A stretch of DNA of 63,756 nt, counting the filler, from Bigelowiella natans CCMP2755 (lineage: Eukaryota > Protista > Cercozoa): the NCBI GenBank assembly GCA_000320545.1. It is 8 parts of 8 records of this genome, joined end to end, with 100 filler letters (N's around TTAATTAATTAA, not from the genome) between each part and the next. Parts side by side here need not be neighbours in the genome. Positions count along the whole stretch, not along the records: positions 18,697 to 46,913 come from ADNK01000292.1; 7 more parts are not named here. The stretch is one strand, 5' to 3'. Both the position numbers and the translations under genes were made by a program. This document shows, piece after piece, positions 25,885 through 37,719 of the stretch; position 1 is the stretch's first letter; every line of letters begins with the position of its first letter. The notes under the pieces are model-generated. The model made no database searches and was not told the origin of the DNA. It saw only the letters and a program-made list of their open reading frames with translations.

Positions 25885-27538
25885 ATGCTCTCGGCCCCCC
25901 TCCTCACGTCGCTCGTCGCCGCGACTATATCGATCGCAACGGCGGTTCCCCGCAATGGCAGGGTCCAACGCGCTGCCATCGCAGGTTTGGGTACGAAGCG
26001 TCGAATGCTTCATGACCCAGGCTCATCCTCTCCCTTGATATTCCAAGAGAGAAGGCACCGCTCAGTGCTGCGAATGCCTACCACAGGTTCGCATTCGAAC
26101 ACTGTTCATCCGACTCCTTCCCCGTGCACGCCTAAAGTTGCTGGCACGATGTCACGATCTGTAGACTCCTTGATCTCTCTCTCGTTCTTGTCGATTTGGT
26201 CCAGATGCCTCTGTTGTGCTCATTAGTAAAATGTCAATCAGTTTCGAGAGAAGTGATGGCTGGATCCCTATTTGAAGGATTTGCAGGCGGGCTGCTAAGC
26301 AAACCACCCTTTATGTCAAATGGTCGTGTCACGCAACTTATTAAACTGGCCAAACAGAGTGACAGGGGAAGAATCTCGCAGCGGTATAATTTGCCGTCTA
26401 TTTTTATCTCCAGGAGCAAGAAGGCTGTTCTCGAGCCGTGTCAATATGAACACAAACCGACACTATTTTTATCATTTTTATATCAGGAATGAAGAAATGA
26501 AGCGATTAGTTGACGAATTAAGGTGATTTGTTTGAGAACTGTAACATTGCTTCTCAACGAGAAGATAACTGTCGTGATGCTATGCCATTACTTTCTTTAA
26601 AGAGCCTCGATGCAGCCAATTGGGGAAGAAAAACTTAAGAAGCTTGTCAATGGGTCGTGGGTAAATATCAATTCGCTGACTATGTCATGAATTGTGCGTC
26701 CATTCATAAAGCGCCTACTTTTGTTCGTTCAAATTTTGCAATCATCATCAAGGTTGAGATGTGGACGACAGAGGAAGCTGTACTATCACTTGCCAACAAA
26801 GGTGATTCTTCTCTCCTAGAACAAACCGATTCTGCTGCAAATATGTGTGAAATACTATGCGGGAATGTGAGGTTGCTGGTGAAAATTATGTAGGGTTTCT
26901 CGGTTCGACCTTCGATTACGCGGGAGGCAGCATCAATATGTAGGAAGGCAAATAGGCAATGCTATGTTGCGTGTTAATTCAAGATCGTGTTTTTATGATA
27001 TAGGTATGAGGATAAATTTACTAATATTGTCGCCTTTCAGAATGGCAACAGTATCGAAGCAGGTTTTTGCTCTTATTTAAAAAATACAGATGTTATGGGA
27101 ACAAAACAAAGGAAAACAAGTTGGACGAAAATCAATGATCTTACGTGTGTGCCTTCTACTGCTTCGATATTACAATTTATCCCACGATTCAGATGGGGTG
27201 ATTAAGATAGATGAAGAGAACAATAGAGTAAGCTTCAGGTTTAATATTGCCAAGGTAAAGGGAATGGATATAAACACAGTAGTCCCTGAACTAATTCTGC
27301 GCTTAACATTTAGATCAAAATCGGTGGGTTCACCATTCCATTACCCTTTTCAGCTGGTGGATTCATAGACAATGTAAGTGGACAATTTACATTCATCGTA
27401 TCTTGCAATACTTATCTTATATTATCCTGCAAACGATAACTCACCGACCAGGTTTATGCAGATGAAAAGTATCGCATAGGCATTGATAGCAGGGGGGATT
27501 ATCGTGTATACAGGCGTCCAAATGTACCCGCAAACTAA
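25885..27538 (+). CDS. Plastid fibrillin (PAP_fibrillin, FBN9/PAP11-like) with bipartite targeting presequence, multi-exon
   Basis: Hydrophobic start MLSAPLLTSLVAATISIATA plus R/S-rich transit-like stretch; core SDRGR, LVNGSW|VEMWTTEEAVL..GFLG, RVSFRFNIAK|IKIGGFTIPLPFSAGGFIDN|VYADEKYRIGIDSRGDYRVY matches the FBN9 pattern (W..LWTTE, RV.F.F, Y.D...R...D.RGDY). Confidence 0.8.
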
Positions 27539-28043
27539 TAAAGCTGAAGCTTCTTATATACAGAAGAGAGTATGCGTTATACAAATTCAACTTGTGTGCT
27601 ATAGATGACACCTTACGATTGTTAGCCAATTGTATATTGCTGCTGCTTCTTGTCGTACATAGCAACCACCGCGCGCATGTACGCCTGCATGATCGATTCA
27701 CAGAACGTATCATAGAAAATGCCATGATTTAATGCCATGCCTCCACATTGTATAGTTTTATTCTTAGCATAACGATAAACGCCTTTATAACGTGAAAATA
27801 TACTGCGTCGTGCCAGATATATGTAGTTATAAAGCACTCGTTCGCAAAAAAAGATAATCATATGCGGCCCAGCGAGAATTCATTAAACGAAGTACAAGAA
27901 ATCGGTGTGTGCACTACGCTGTAAAAGTACGATAGCGTGATTATATCATCAACGTATAAAGCTGTCGCAGACGTTTAATACAGTCTGATATTCATGTGAT
28001 CTTATATTAACGCTGATGATGCTCCCATGCCTGCATCTCCATA

Positions 28044-29291
28044 TCAACAAGCTTCCGGTGTTGAGTTTCGAACATTCAAGACCGCGTGCTCACACTCAAA
28101 ACTTCCACCTTTCTTCGGATCACCGCCTTGGAACAGATTCACATTCTCCACAGTGATGTTGACACACGTCGCCTTGGGGCTACAGGTAAATTGTCCTTGG
28201 AGTTGTCTACGACCGCCACCGCGTATATTTCGAAATGTGATATCATGAAACAGGGTTCCAGGGTTGTTTCCATCCGGTGTATTGCACGGCCAAGGGCAAT
28301 AATGACCCAACAGCTGCAATGGAGTATACACTCCATCAAATACGATGTCTTCGAATATAATATCGTAGACGCTTCCCGTTGAATTGGGGTACGATTTTAG
28401 ACGCGCTCCTCCTGTGCTATATTTGCCTTGCGTGTTTCCAACCCCACCAGTCGCAGTGATGTTACGAAAAGTCACGTTAGAGACGGTTCCATGGCGCACT
28501 CCACCGATAGATATCCCGTGTCCACCACGACACGTAATATTTTGCACAACCAGGGAGCCTCCTCGGCACTCATCCCGACTGGACGGTTCCATGCTGCACA
28601 TCTCCGCAAACTCATTTAATGGGACCACCGACACGCAGTCGTCACCATTGGTGACCACGCTATTCGTGAACGACTGGTCTTTACCGCCATAAAAATTCAC
28701 GCCGTCCGTGTTGGGCGACAAGAGTGGAGAGTCCACGATTAGGTGGTCGACGCGTACAACGGTGCAGTTTTCGATTCTCATGTGGTGGTTGGGACTATCG
28801 TGCAGGCGCAGGCCAGCGCCCACAAACACATCAAACGCCGAGCTGAGGACGATCAGGTGTGGCCGCCAGCATCCGGTGTACTTGCACATCCACCATCTCA
28901 AAGGAGAGGTCGACTCGATTGTTCCACCCTCCCCGACGATAGCCAAGCCAACGAGGTTCGGGTCGTTGGAGATGAAAGGGTTCTGGTCGTGATAATTGAG
29001 ATACTGTTTGTAGGGAAGCATTTTCAGAGTCCCGGTTATGTCAAGAGTAATGTGCGAAACGTTAAGTCGTATGGGCCCCGACAGGTATGTTTTCCCAAAC
29101 ACCACCCGGCATGGTTCGTCCGCAAGCGTCAACGATGTGTTTCTATGGATCGCGCATGATGCGAGGGCATCCCGGATAGCGCCAGTGTCATCTTTGATTC
29201 CGTCCCCCGCAGCGCCATGTGCTTCTGGTGTAGTGGTGTATGTTCCTGTGGTTGCGAAGAGGTGGACCGTGATCAAAAGGAGACGCATCAT
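28044..29291 (-). CDS. Secreted glycoside hydrolase family 28 (polygalacturonase), intronless
   Basis: Single ORF with signal peptide MMRLLLITVHLFA, GAAGDGIKDDTGAI and the four PG motifs SPNTDG, NGDDC, GGHG, RLK. Confidence 0.92.
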   Translation of the reverse strand: MMRLLLITVHLFATTGTYTTTPEAHGAAGDGIKDDTGAIRDALASCAIHRNTSLTLADEPCRVVFGKTYLSGPIRLNVSHITLDITGTLKMLPYKQYLNYHDQNPFISNDPNLVGLAIVGEGGTIESTSPLRWWMCKYTGCWRPHLIVLSSAFDVFVGAGLRLHDSPNHHMRIENCTVVRVDHLIVDSPLLSPNTDGVNFYGGKDQSFTNSVVTNGDDCVSVVPLNEFAEMCSMEPSSRDECRGGSLVVQNITCRGGHGISIGGVRHGTVSNVTFRNITATGGVGNTQGKYSTGGARLKSYPNSTGSVYDIIFEDIVFDGVYTPLQLLGHYCPWPCNTPDGNNPGTLFHDITFRNIRGGGRRQLQGQFTCSPKATCVNITVENVNLFQGGDPKKGGSFECEHAVLNVRNSTPEAC

Positions 29292-29614
29292 CTTGACACC
29301 TTGACCAAAACTGTGCAGTGCATGCAAAATTATTTCAAATGAGGATACGGATGATGATGATAATGATTTTGTTCTGGTTGTTGATGATGTTATGTTTTAG
29401 TGAGTACTCATATGTAGAATTTTTATGTGCGCGTATGTGCTTTGATTGACCATCCTTCACGAATGGCTACCTCACACACTTGCGACTATCATCCGTGCAC
29501 ACAATGAATTACACACTCGCACAAACACAGACACACCACACACACGCGCGCGCGCGGAGACACACAACGGTATCATTACCAGGTTGGGGGTTCGACGCCG
29601 AGTGTCGCCTAAAG

Positions 29615-29670
29615 AAATTCCCCCAATATTCCCCGGTAAAAATATAAATCCCGGTATTTTCCCCGGAGAT
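29615..29670. promoter_or_regulatory. Candidate bidirectional promoter core between GH28 and CDC40 with repeated TCCC(C)GG words
   Basis: aaattcccccaatattccccggtaaaaatataaatcccggtattttccccggag; related words occur in the other four head-to-head gaps. Confidence 0.35.
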
Positions 29671-29704
29671 GCGTGGGAGTTGAATCTCACAAAGAACACA
29701 GGAG

Positions 29705-31040
29705 ATGGAGGCGCTTGCGGCTTACGCGGACTCCGATGAGGAGGACACAAAGCAGGGTTTGTTAAATCATCCGCACACATAAATTGCGCACCTTTTTCAT
29801 CTCTACGAGTTCCCTTCTCCCTAGCATATAAGAGGGTGCATACAAATTTACGCCGCAATCCCCGAGGAGGCGATTCCAATATGCTATGTTTGCGCCCTTT
29901 TTCACCGCTACTTTACCGCGAGTAGCGGTCGCTGCGTGCCAGCGTTTATCCTCATATTTACTCATGCTAATCTCAACCTGGGATCAAAATCAATGACAAT
30001 CTGCAACTCCCTCCCATCAGGAACAGAAGAAGAGCAGCAAGGGGTGAGCAAGGAGGGAGAGAACGACCACATTAAGAAGCCTTCAAGCTCCACAGTACAG
30101 ATTCAGGATCTAGCGCCTGCTGTGGACATATCTCTGGAATCAAACCCATACTATGTAAAACCGGACGCGAAAATGGTGTATCACAACCCGCGTGTACAGG
30201 ACCTCTGGCAGCCCGTCGCGGGCCCAAAGCATCCAGAGGACATCAACCCGCTAGGCGTTGCGAACAATACGTATCTGGGTCACATCGAGAAGACGCACAT
30301 GAACGAGTTCATATTTGCGGAACAATTCCACACTTTCAACAAGTGAGCCAACCGTTACTATTTTTATTATTGGGCGTTTGCATTAGAATGAGAGTGTTTT
30401 TCAATGAGCGGGGCGGGGAAGAATGATGTATAATAGCGGAGAAAGCAAATTAATATTTTCATATAGAAGGTGAAGGAAGTTCTCCTTCGCCTTTTTGTCA
30501 CCATAATCAGTGGAGAAATGTGATGAGGAGGAATATTCTTCTTTATCCAAGATGAATAGATTAGCTACTATAATAGTCGATCATATCATCACTGTGAGAT
30601 GATTTGCTGTTTATACCATGTCAGCTATGGGTACGCACAAAACCCAACGGACATGTCGAGCAACTATGTCGGAGATGCCGAAAGTCATCGAAAGAACAAG
30701 GTACTGTTACTTCATGCGAGAGTTTTACCATAGAAAATGCGAAATTTTTTTGATATGATCCCTAACTGTAGAAGAAATATGTGTACCATCAATCATGACT
30801 CTGTTGGAAACAATGACAACACCTACTACTATCTATCATCAGGGTGCCACGGTCTTTAGTGGATCAAACGGTCCGAAGAAAAAGAAGAAGAAGATCGACC
30901 CAACGCAGTGGAGGAAGGAGGTGGATGTGGAACCGCTCACGGAGGAGCAGAAGGAAGAAATCGCGGTAAATGCGTAGCACCAAAATCCATTAAAAAGACC
31001 CGTAGGGTTTTAGCCATAGATCATGCGTGAACAACTTGCA

Positions 31041-31080
<40 letters not shown>

Positions 31081-32373
31081 GCACGCACGCACGCACGCAC
31101 ACACGCACGTGTAGGCCTAAGTTGCGTTTATTTGCAAACTATCAGATGGACAGGGCTCGCTCGCGCGGTCGGCGCAAAGGCATCGAATCTGCTCCGGAAA
31201 CGACGGTATTCCACGGGAAAGTCTTCAAAGACTACCAGGATCGTACATACATGCATCCTCCCCACGAACTCAAGGTAGTAAGTACTGGTATGGAACAGGA
31301 GTAGAGATGAAAGAGGATTTTGGAGAAAACCGTCATTCTTTCTTATCATACTCCTCAGCTGCCATCATCATCATCGTCGTTGTTGTTGTTGTTGTTGTTG
31401 TTGTCGTTGTCGCAATCATCGTTTATCATCATCATCATCATGATCGCCCATCATAAATTGGACTTATAATATGTTGCGTCCTTGGTCCTACTCCTACTCC
31501 TATTCCACCCAGGCTGGAACTCCTCCAGACCACAAGTGCTACATTCCGAAGAAGTGCATACACACGTGGGGCGGGCATGCGAAGGCGGTTAATCGTATCG
31601 AGTTTTTCCCAAAGACTGGTCACCTATTGCTCTCCGGCTCCATGGATCACACCGCCAAGCTGTGGTCAGTCCATGGCCAGCGCACACTGCTCAGGACTTA
31701 CAAGGTAAGTGGGGGGGGGGGGGGGGGAGGAGGAAAAAGGAGAAGAAGATGGTGGTGGTGGTGGTGATGATGATAATGATGACGGCATGATATCACAAGT
31801 TGTTTTGCAACTGCTCCCTTTCTCTCCTTTACTCCTCTCACCTTATGACCCCCCCCCCTCCCCTCCTCATCAGGGCCATAGCGGCGCGGTGAGGGATATA
31901 AACTTCAACTTCGACGGCAGCAAATTCATGACGTGTTCTTACGACCGTTACGTGAAGTTGTGGGACACGGAGTACGGGAAGTGCATCTCCAGGCACACGT
32001 CGGGAAAGCTGCCCTATTGCGTGAGGATCCATCCCTCTGAAGAGAAGCAGTTTGAGTGCCTCGTCGGCCAGGTGATGATTTGTTTCACCCCAATGGATAG
32101 GACTGGGAAGCAGTGACAGCAGCAGCAGCAGCAGCAGCAGATAATGATGATACTGCACGATGATTAATCATCGAGAGAGTTCTATCTAGTCACTTACGTG
32201 GTGCTGGTGCTACAACTACCACAAAATGATAATCATGGTACTAATGATAATGATAATAATGATGATGATGATATTAGGGCAACAAATTGATCGTCCAGTG
32301 GGACATGCGCGCAGACGAGATAACGCAGAACTATGACGAACACTTGGTAATAATAACTAACTGTTACTAGCGC

Positions 32374-32408
<35 letters not shown>

Positions 32409-33179
32409 CTTTTTCTTGGTCGCCTGTCTTCACTCACCGGTGGTCCCTTGCCCAATATTGTGATTGTTATCATTATCATTATATTATTATTGTTGTTGTT
32501 GTTGTTGTTGTTGTTGTTCCATCTTCCTCCTCTTCCCATAGGCGAACGTGAACACTGTGACTTTCGTGGACGAGGGACGCCGTTTTATCTCAACCTCTGA
32601 TGACAAGAAGGTAGTGCAGTAACAGGCTGCTGCTGCTGCTGGTGGTGGTGGTAGTGGTGATCTAGTAGCAGTTTAGCAGAGGAGGTAGAGGGAGGGAGGG
32701 AGGGAGAGAGAGAAGTGGAGAAAAGTGGAAATGATACAATTTCACTCCCTCCTGCCGCTACCGCATCCGTCACACCATTATTTCACGCCTCTTCCTTTTT
32801 ACCCCGGTCCGCCTGCCCCCCTCCCATATCTATCATCACTTCACGACGACACGAATAATATCCACTACTACTACCGCTGCTACTACTAGGTATTCGTTTG
32901 GGAGTACGGTATTCCTGTCGTGATGAAGCACATTAGCGAGCCCGACATGAACTCAATGCCGGCAGTCGCTGTGCATCCTAATGGAAAGGTAACGTTATCG
33001 CTGCTGGTTTTCTTCTTCCACTTCTTACACACCTGTACTGCACCATACAATACACAGTGGTGGATAGGGCAATCGCTCGACAACACAATCCGTGTGTACA
33101 CGTGCGGAACCCGCTTCAAGGAGCATCTGAGGAAGGTAATGCCCCCTCAACTCTCCCCCTCCCCGTCTGGGGTGCTGTT

Positions 33180-33218
<39 letters not shown>

Positions 33219-33896
33219 GTCGTCGATTCCTATGTGTCATGTGCGATGGGATGATTTTGACGTTGGTGTTGATGCTGTTTCTAGGTTTTCAAGGGCCATC
33301 TGAACGCCGGATATGCAGCCCAGCTTGGTAATTATCAGGAGTGGTTGTGCTTATTATTATGACGATGGTGATAGCGGATGATGTTGGCGATGATGGTGAT
33401 GGTGTGGTGTTCGTGAATTTCAATGATTCGTGAGCGAGCGTACATAGTTAGAACAGCCTTTAAAAGAGGAAAAGAAAGCGCGAACGAGAGAGGGAAAGAA
33501 AGACACAGAGAGAGAAGCGAGATAAAATGTTAAAATGTGACAAATCTCTCGAAGGTTTTTCCCCTGATGGAAAGTTCGTGATCTCTGGAGATGGGCGAGG
33601 ACGTTGCTTTTTCTGGTACTTTTTGCATCTGCATCATCTAATAAGCAAGGACTCCTTCTCTCACGTTACATTCTTGCTCTTTCTTGTGACTGCTATCCGT
33701 CTACACACCCTCACACACGCACACAAATGAAAACACACATAAAAACATACATCCATGCAGGGACTGGAAGACGACAAAGGTGTTCAAGCGCCTTCAATGC
33801 CACGATAAAGTATGCATCGGAGCAGCATGGCATCCAGTCCTCCCTTCGCGAGTAGCGACTTGCAGTTGGGACGGCACAATAAAGTATTGGGACTAG
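29705..33896 (+). CDS. CDC40: Pre-mRNA splicing factor CDC40/PRP17 (WD40), multi-exon
   Basis: [141 protein letters not shown]. Confidence 0.95.
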
Positions 33897-35233
33897 TAGC
33901 GTGATAAGTAATACTTAGTGGTGGCCGGCCACAAGGCAATAACTATGAGCAAGCGCGCGTTGAATCTGAGGTAGTTTTGGTGTTTCGCAAATCAAGATAT
34001 TTGTGAGATAAACGCTAGAACGCCTCGACGATACTCTACCGATTCTGAGATTCACATTGATAGTCATTTATAATCCTACATTCATGAAAATAATTTAAAG
34101 CACATTTACATGATATTGATGACGCCAACATTGGTTTACTGCTGAGTTAGTGCTCTGGAATTATTGGAGTAAGGTCGTGTATGTGCTATCTAGGCTATGC
34201 CTCGCACGCACGCACGCATGCACTCACTCACGCGTATCTGAATGTCGAAATGCCTGCTTACTGCTTATCGCCTGCGTACGGAGTTTTCGTCATCATGCGA
34301 CGAGTTTAAAAGTCGCATGATCTAGTGATGACGAGAAATATCTCTGGCTCACGTGCCATCCAAGCGACCCGCACACCTATCTCGATCTAGATCTCTGGAC
34401 TACATGTAACAACAGGCACGCTGCATGTCACTTGCTAGCAGCTAGCTAGCTAGAGCTGGAACAGCATGGCGATGTCATGCATAGCTTTAGATATCTTTGC
34501 TGGTGCACAGCTAGATGAATTAATTGAGAGATCATCTATATCTATCTATCGTACAGATAGATGTGCATGGGTTACATGTTTGTCATTATTTGTTTTCTGC
34601 TAACTCCTTGCGTGCACTGTTCCGTCCAAGTGCGCTTATGCGAGGCATGCATGGTCAGGTAGCCGCATTTAGGCATACAATGGCACAGTTTTCAGAGCCT
34701 ATATAGCTACTAGCGATGCATCATCGATTGCACCTAGAGATGTGTCGTCCAGGTGTGCTAGTGTGACCTGTTTCTTGCGTGCATTGTGATGTTACAGCGC
34801 AGGCGCGGTGGATGACATCTAGACATGTGCAATTCGCTACGCGCGCTGCATTGCACAGCTACACATGTAGGATGACCATTGAACAAATTTAATTGATTCA
34901 TTACATCCGTCTTACATCTGCAAGCTACAATGCACTAAATACATAATGGACATAGTATGCAGTTTGTATGCATCTGCACACAGCTACATTAGGATGACTA
35001 CTGAAAAAATGTGTTAATTTCATTACACCCGTCTCATATATCATACACGTGTGTCTATAGTTATCCATGCGCAGCCAGTAGAAGCCAGATTGATTCTTTG
35101 CTGTGTCGAGAATGATGTATAAACTCTTTTGATGACACCATATATCCACCTGGCCGCATGCATGTTAGTATGCGACCGTAGTGAACATGCAAGGTTACTC
35201 GCTCGAATACAACAAAATTCGTATCTTATTACT

Positions 35234-37265
35234 CTAGAGATCGTATTTCTGTGAATAATGTGCTCGAAGTCTCGCGTGTTTTTCCCTCCGCTCCTGGTAT
35301 GTGTGACAACGTTACGATGAACAAAGGGAAGCAAATCAGTAACTGGCCAATCGATTGGAAGTGAGGAATTTTCGTCATGTAATAGCACAGTTGCATGCAT
35401 GCTATGCTATGGGTGCAAATTTCTAACCCTATTGCGAGAATCTGCTCTCTCTCGACGTTCCATGTCCTCGTAATCGTCCATCATCCGCTGCTGCTCCTCG
35501 TCATATCTCCGGCCTGCAGAAATAGTTTAAAACAATGCTTGTCATCGTGTGATGACACATTCATCATCTACACGAAAAAATTCGAGAATTTTTCGGCTTG
35601 ATTAGAATCTCCATATTGGCCGACTCGGAAAGAATCAACTGCATCGCATCAAATTAGAAGCATCTGCACATTATTTCCTTATTATTACTACCGTATTTGT
35701 AGCCGCGACTTACGCATATCCGAAGCACCTCTAAGACAGCAAGGGCAAAGAACCCTATACTAACAGTTAATATTCCTGAAGAAGGGTAGTAGGAGAAGAC
35801 ACGACAATAAGGCAGAGCGAGCGAATTAGATGAAATCTCGAAGTGATCTATCAACGAGCTGCAGAGGGGCATACGTGCATCCATCGCCAACAGAAATGGT
35901 CAGGCATAAAAAGAGCTTCCTTCGTACCATGCTTGAGGTGCTCCAGCTCATTATCAGAAATGTTATACTTTTGATGGTTCTGGTCCAACCAGTTCGAATA
36001 CTGATGATTTGATGATTTGATGATTATGATGATTATGATGATGACGGTGGTGATGGTGAACAGCAGCAGCAGCAGCAGCAACAACAACAGGAGGAGGTGG
36101 TGGTGGAGCATCAGAGGATCCATAATTCTTATCTTCTCCATCTCCTTCTTTATCATCCCCCCCGCTCATTGGCATACAGATGCAACACAAAACCTAGGAA
36201 AAGGAACACCACAAACCACCACGAGTGCGTGCCTATTACCCTTTTTCGATACGCAAGTAGCAAGGACCCAGCTGTGATTTCGCCGAGGGCCAGCAGGAAA
36301 CCCATCAACGCAGATATCTAAGCACCAAATCCATGTATTATTCTTCAAATATCTGTGCGTACGTACGTGCGTGCGTGTGCGTGTGCTTTGTGCTCCGAGC
36401 AGGATAGCAGAGCATTTGTGTGTTGAAAAGAGATATTTTAGGTTGAATACTCGTACACATGAGCATAGTTAGCAGTTATAATAATATTTTCGCGGCAGAC
36501 GACGCACCGGATAAAGGCAGCAAGCCCAGCAGCTATTCCAGCAGGAGGCTCCGCAAGTTGAGAAGAACACTGTGCAAATGACGAACATGCCTATAGCCGC
36601 GAGGGGAATGTATACATAATCTGCCGAGGAAGGAGAAAGAAAGGGGGGGAGGTGTAAGAAAAGAGATAAGACATGAGACAGTGAACCGCAATAAATGCAC
36701 GTACACAATGAAGTGCACAACAGGTAAACAGTTGAGACAGACCTGGCCCAAATTTCTTGTCATAAATGTAGAATCCGAACGCAATGAGACCCCCTCCTAA
36801 AAAAAGTATGAGAGAAGACGGAAGAAGGAGAAGGATTTGCTGTTAGTGATATAGGAACTCCACTGGGTATAAATTTGGCCTACCTCCGATGAAATCGAGC
36901 AGGTTAATAATGATGAGCAACTTCCCCTAATGACCAAATCAAACCCACCATCGGTCATGGAGATTCACGGAACAATAAAGCAGCACTTCACATCTAATTC
37001 GCATTGATATTATGAAAAGGAGTTGAAAAAAGAAGCAGGGGAGTCATACGGGGGAGGGTTGGAAGGAAGGGAAAAGAAAAAGGTAGCAGCGTTAAGCGAG
37101 AGACTATTCCGAAGCCCATCGTTTTCATGCCCAAGAAGTTAGCAGAGATAAGATGGAAAAACTGTATGAAACAATGACACTTTTCTCTCGAAGAACCTGG
37201 CACCAGCGGCAGCATGCTCGGCAGCATGTGTTCTGGTTCGGGGGTTCACGCCTGTAGGAAGCCAT
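35234..37265 (-). CDS. Four-TM tetraspanin-like protein resembling plant TOM2A, multi-exon
   Basis: MASYRREPPNQNTCCRACCRWCQ|GKLLIIINLLDFIG|GGLIAFGFYIY|..YIPLAAIGMFVICTVFFSTCGASCWNSCWACCLYP|ISALMGFLLALGEITAG|..|FFALAVLEVLR|..YDEE..|..ARLRAHYSQKYDL*. Confidence 0.6.
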
Positions 37266-37719
37266 AACTACCGCAGCTGGTTGTTATTCAGATCTTCTTC
37301 CCCGTTGAAAAGGTATGGCATTTCATCCAAAATACATCAAACAAAGCATGTCGCATAGAAGAAATTAAATCTATTCCTCGAGTATCTACAGTAGCCCTCG
37401 TCTTGAAGCAGCGAGAGTACCAATAGCGCAGGTCGTTTTATATCTACGACAAGGTATTATTTCCCGTTTAGATAGATGTTTGATGTGCTTTCTCGACGAG
37501 ACGGGTACTAAGAAGTGCTTCAAAACCCAGCTTAGTTCACTTTTTGTTTTCCTTGCGAAGAGTAGTAGAAGCAGTAGTAGTAGCAGTAGTAGCAGTACTA
37601 CTACTAGTACGGGTGTGTGATGCGCTTTTTACTTGTGCTATCTATTTAAGAGGATTTTTAATTGTGTGCATTGATTGGCTTCCTTTGGCTCTTGCTCACT
37701 GCTACATTGATTGATAGAC

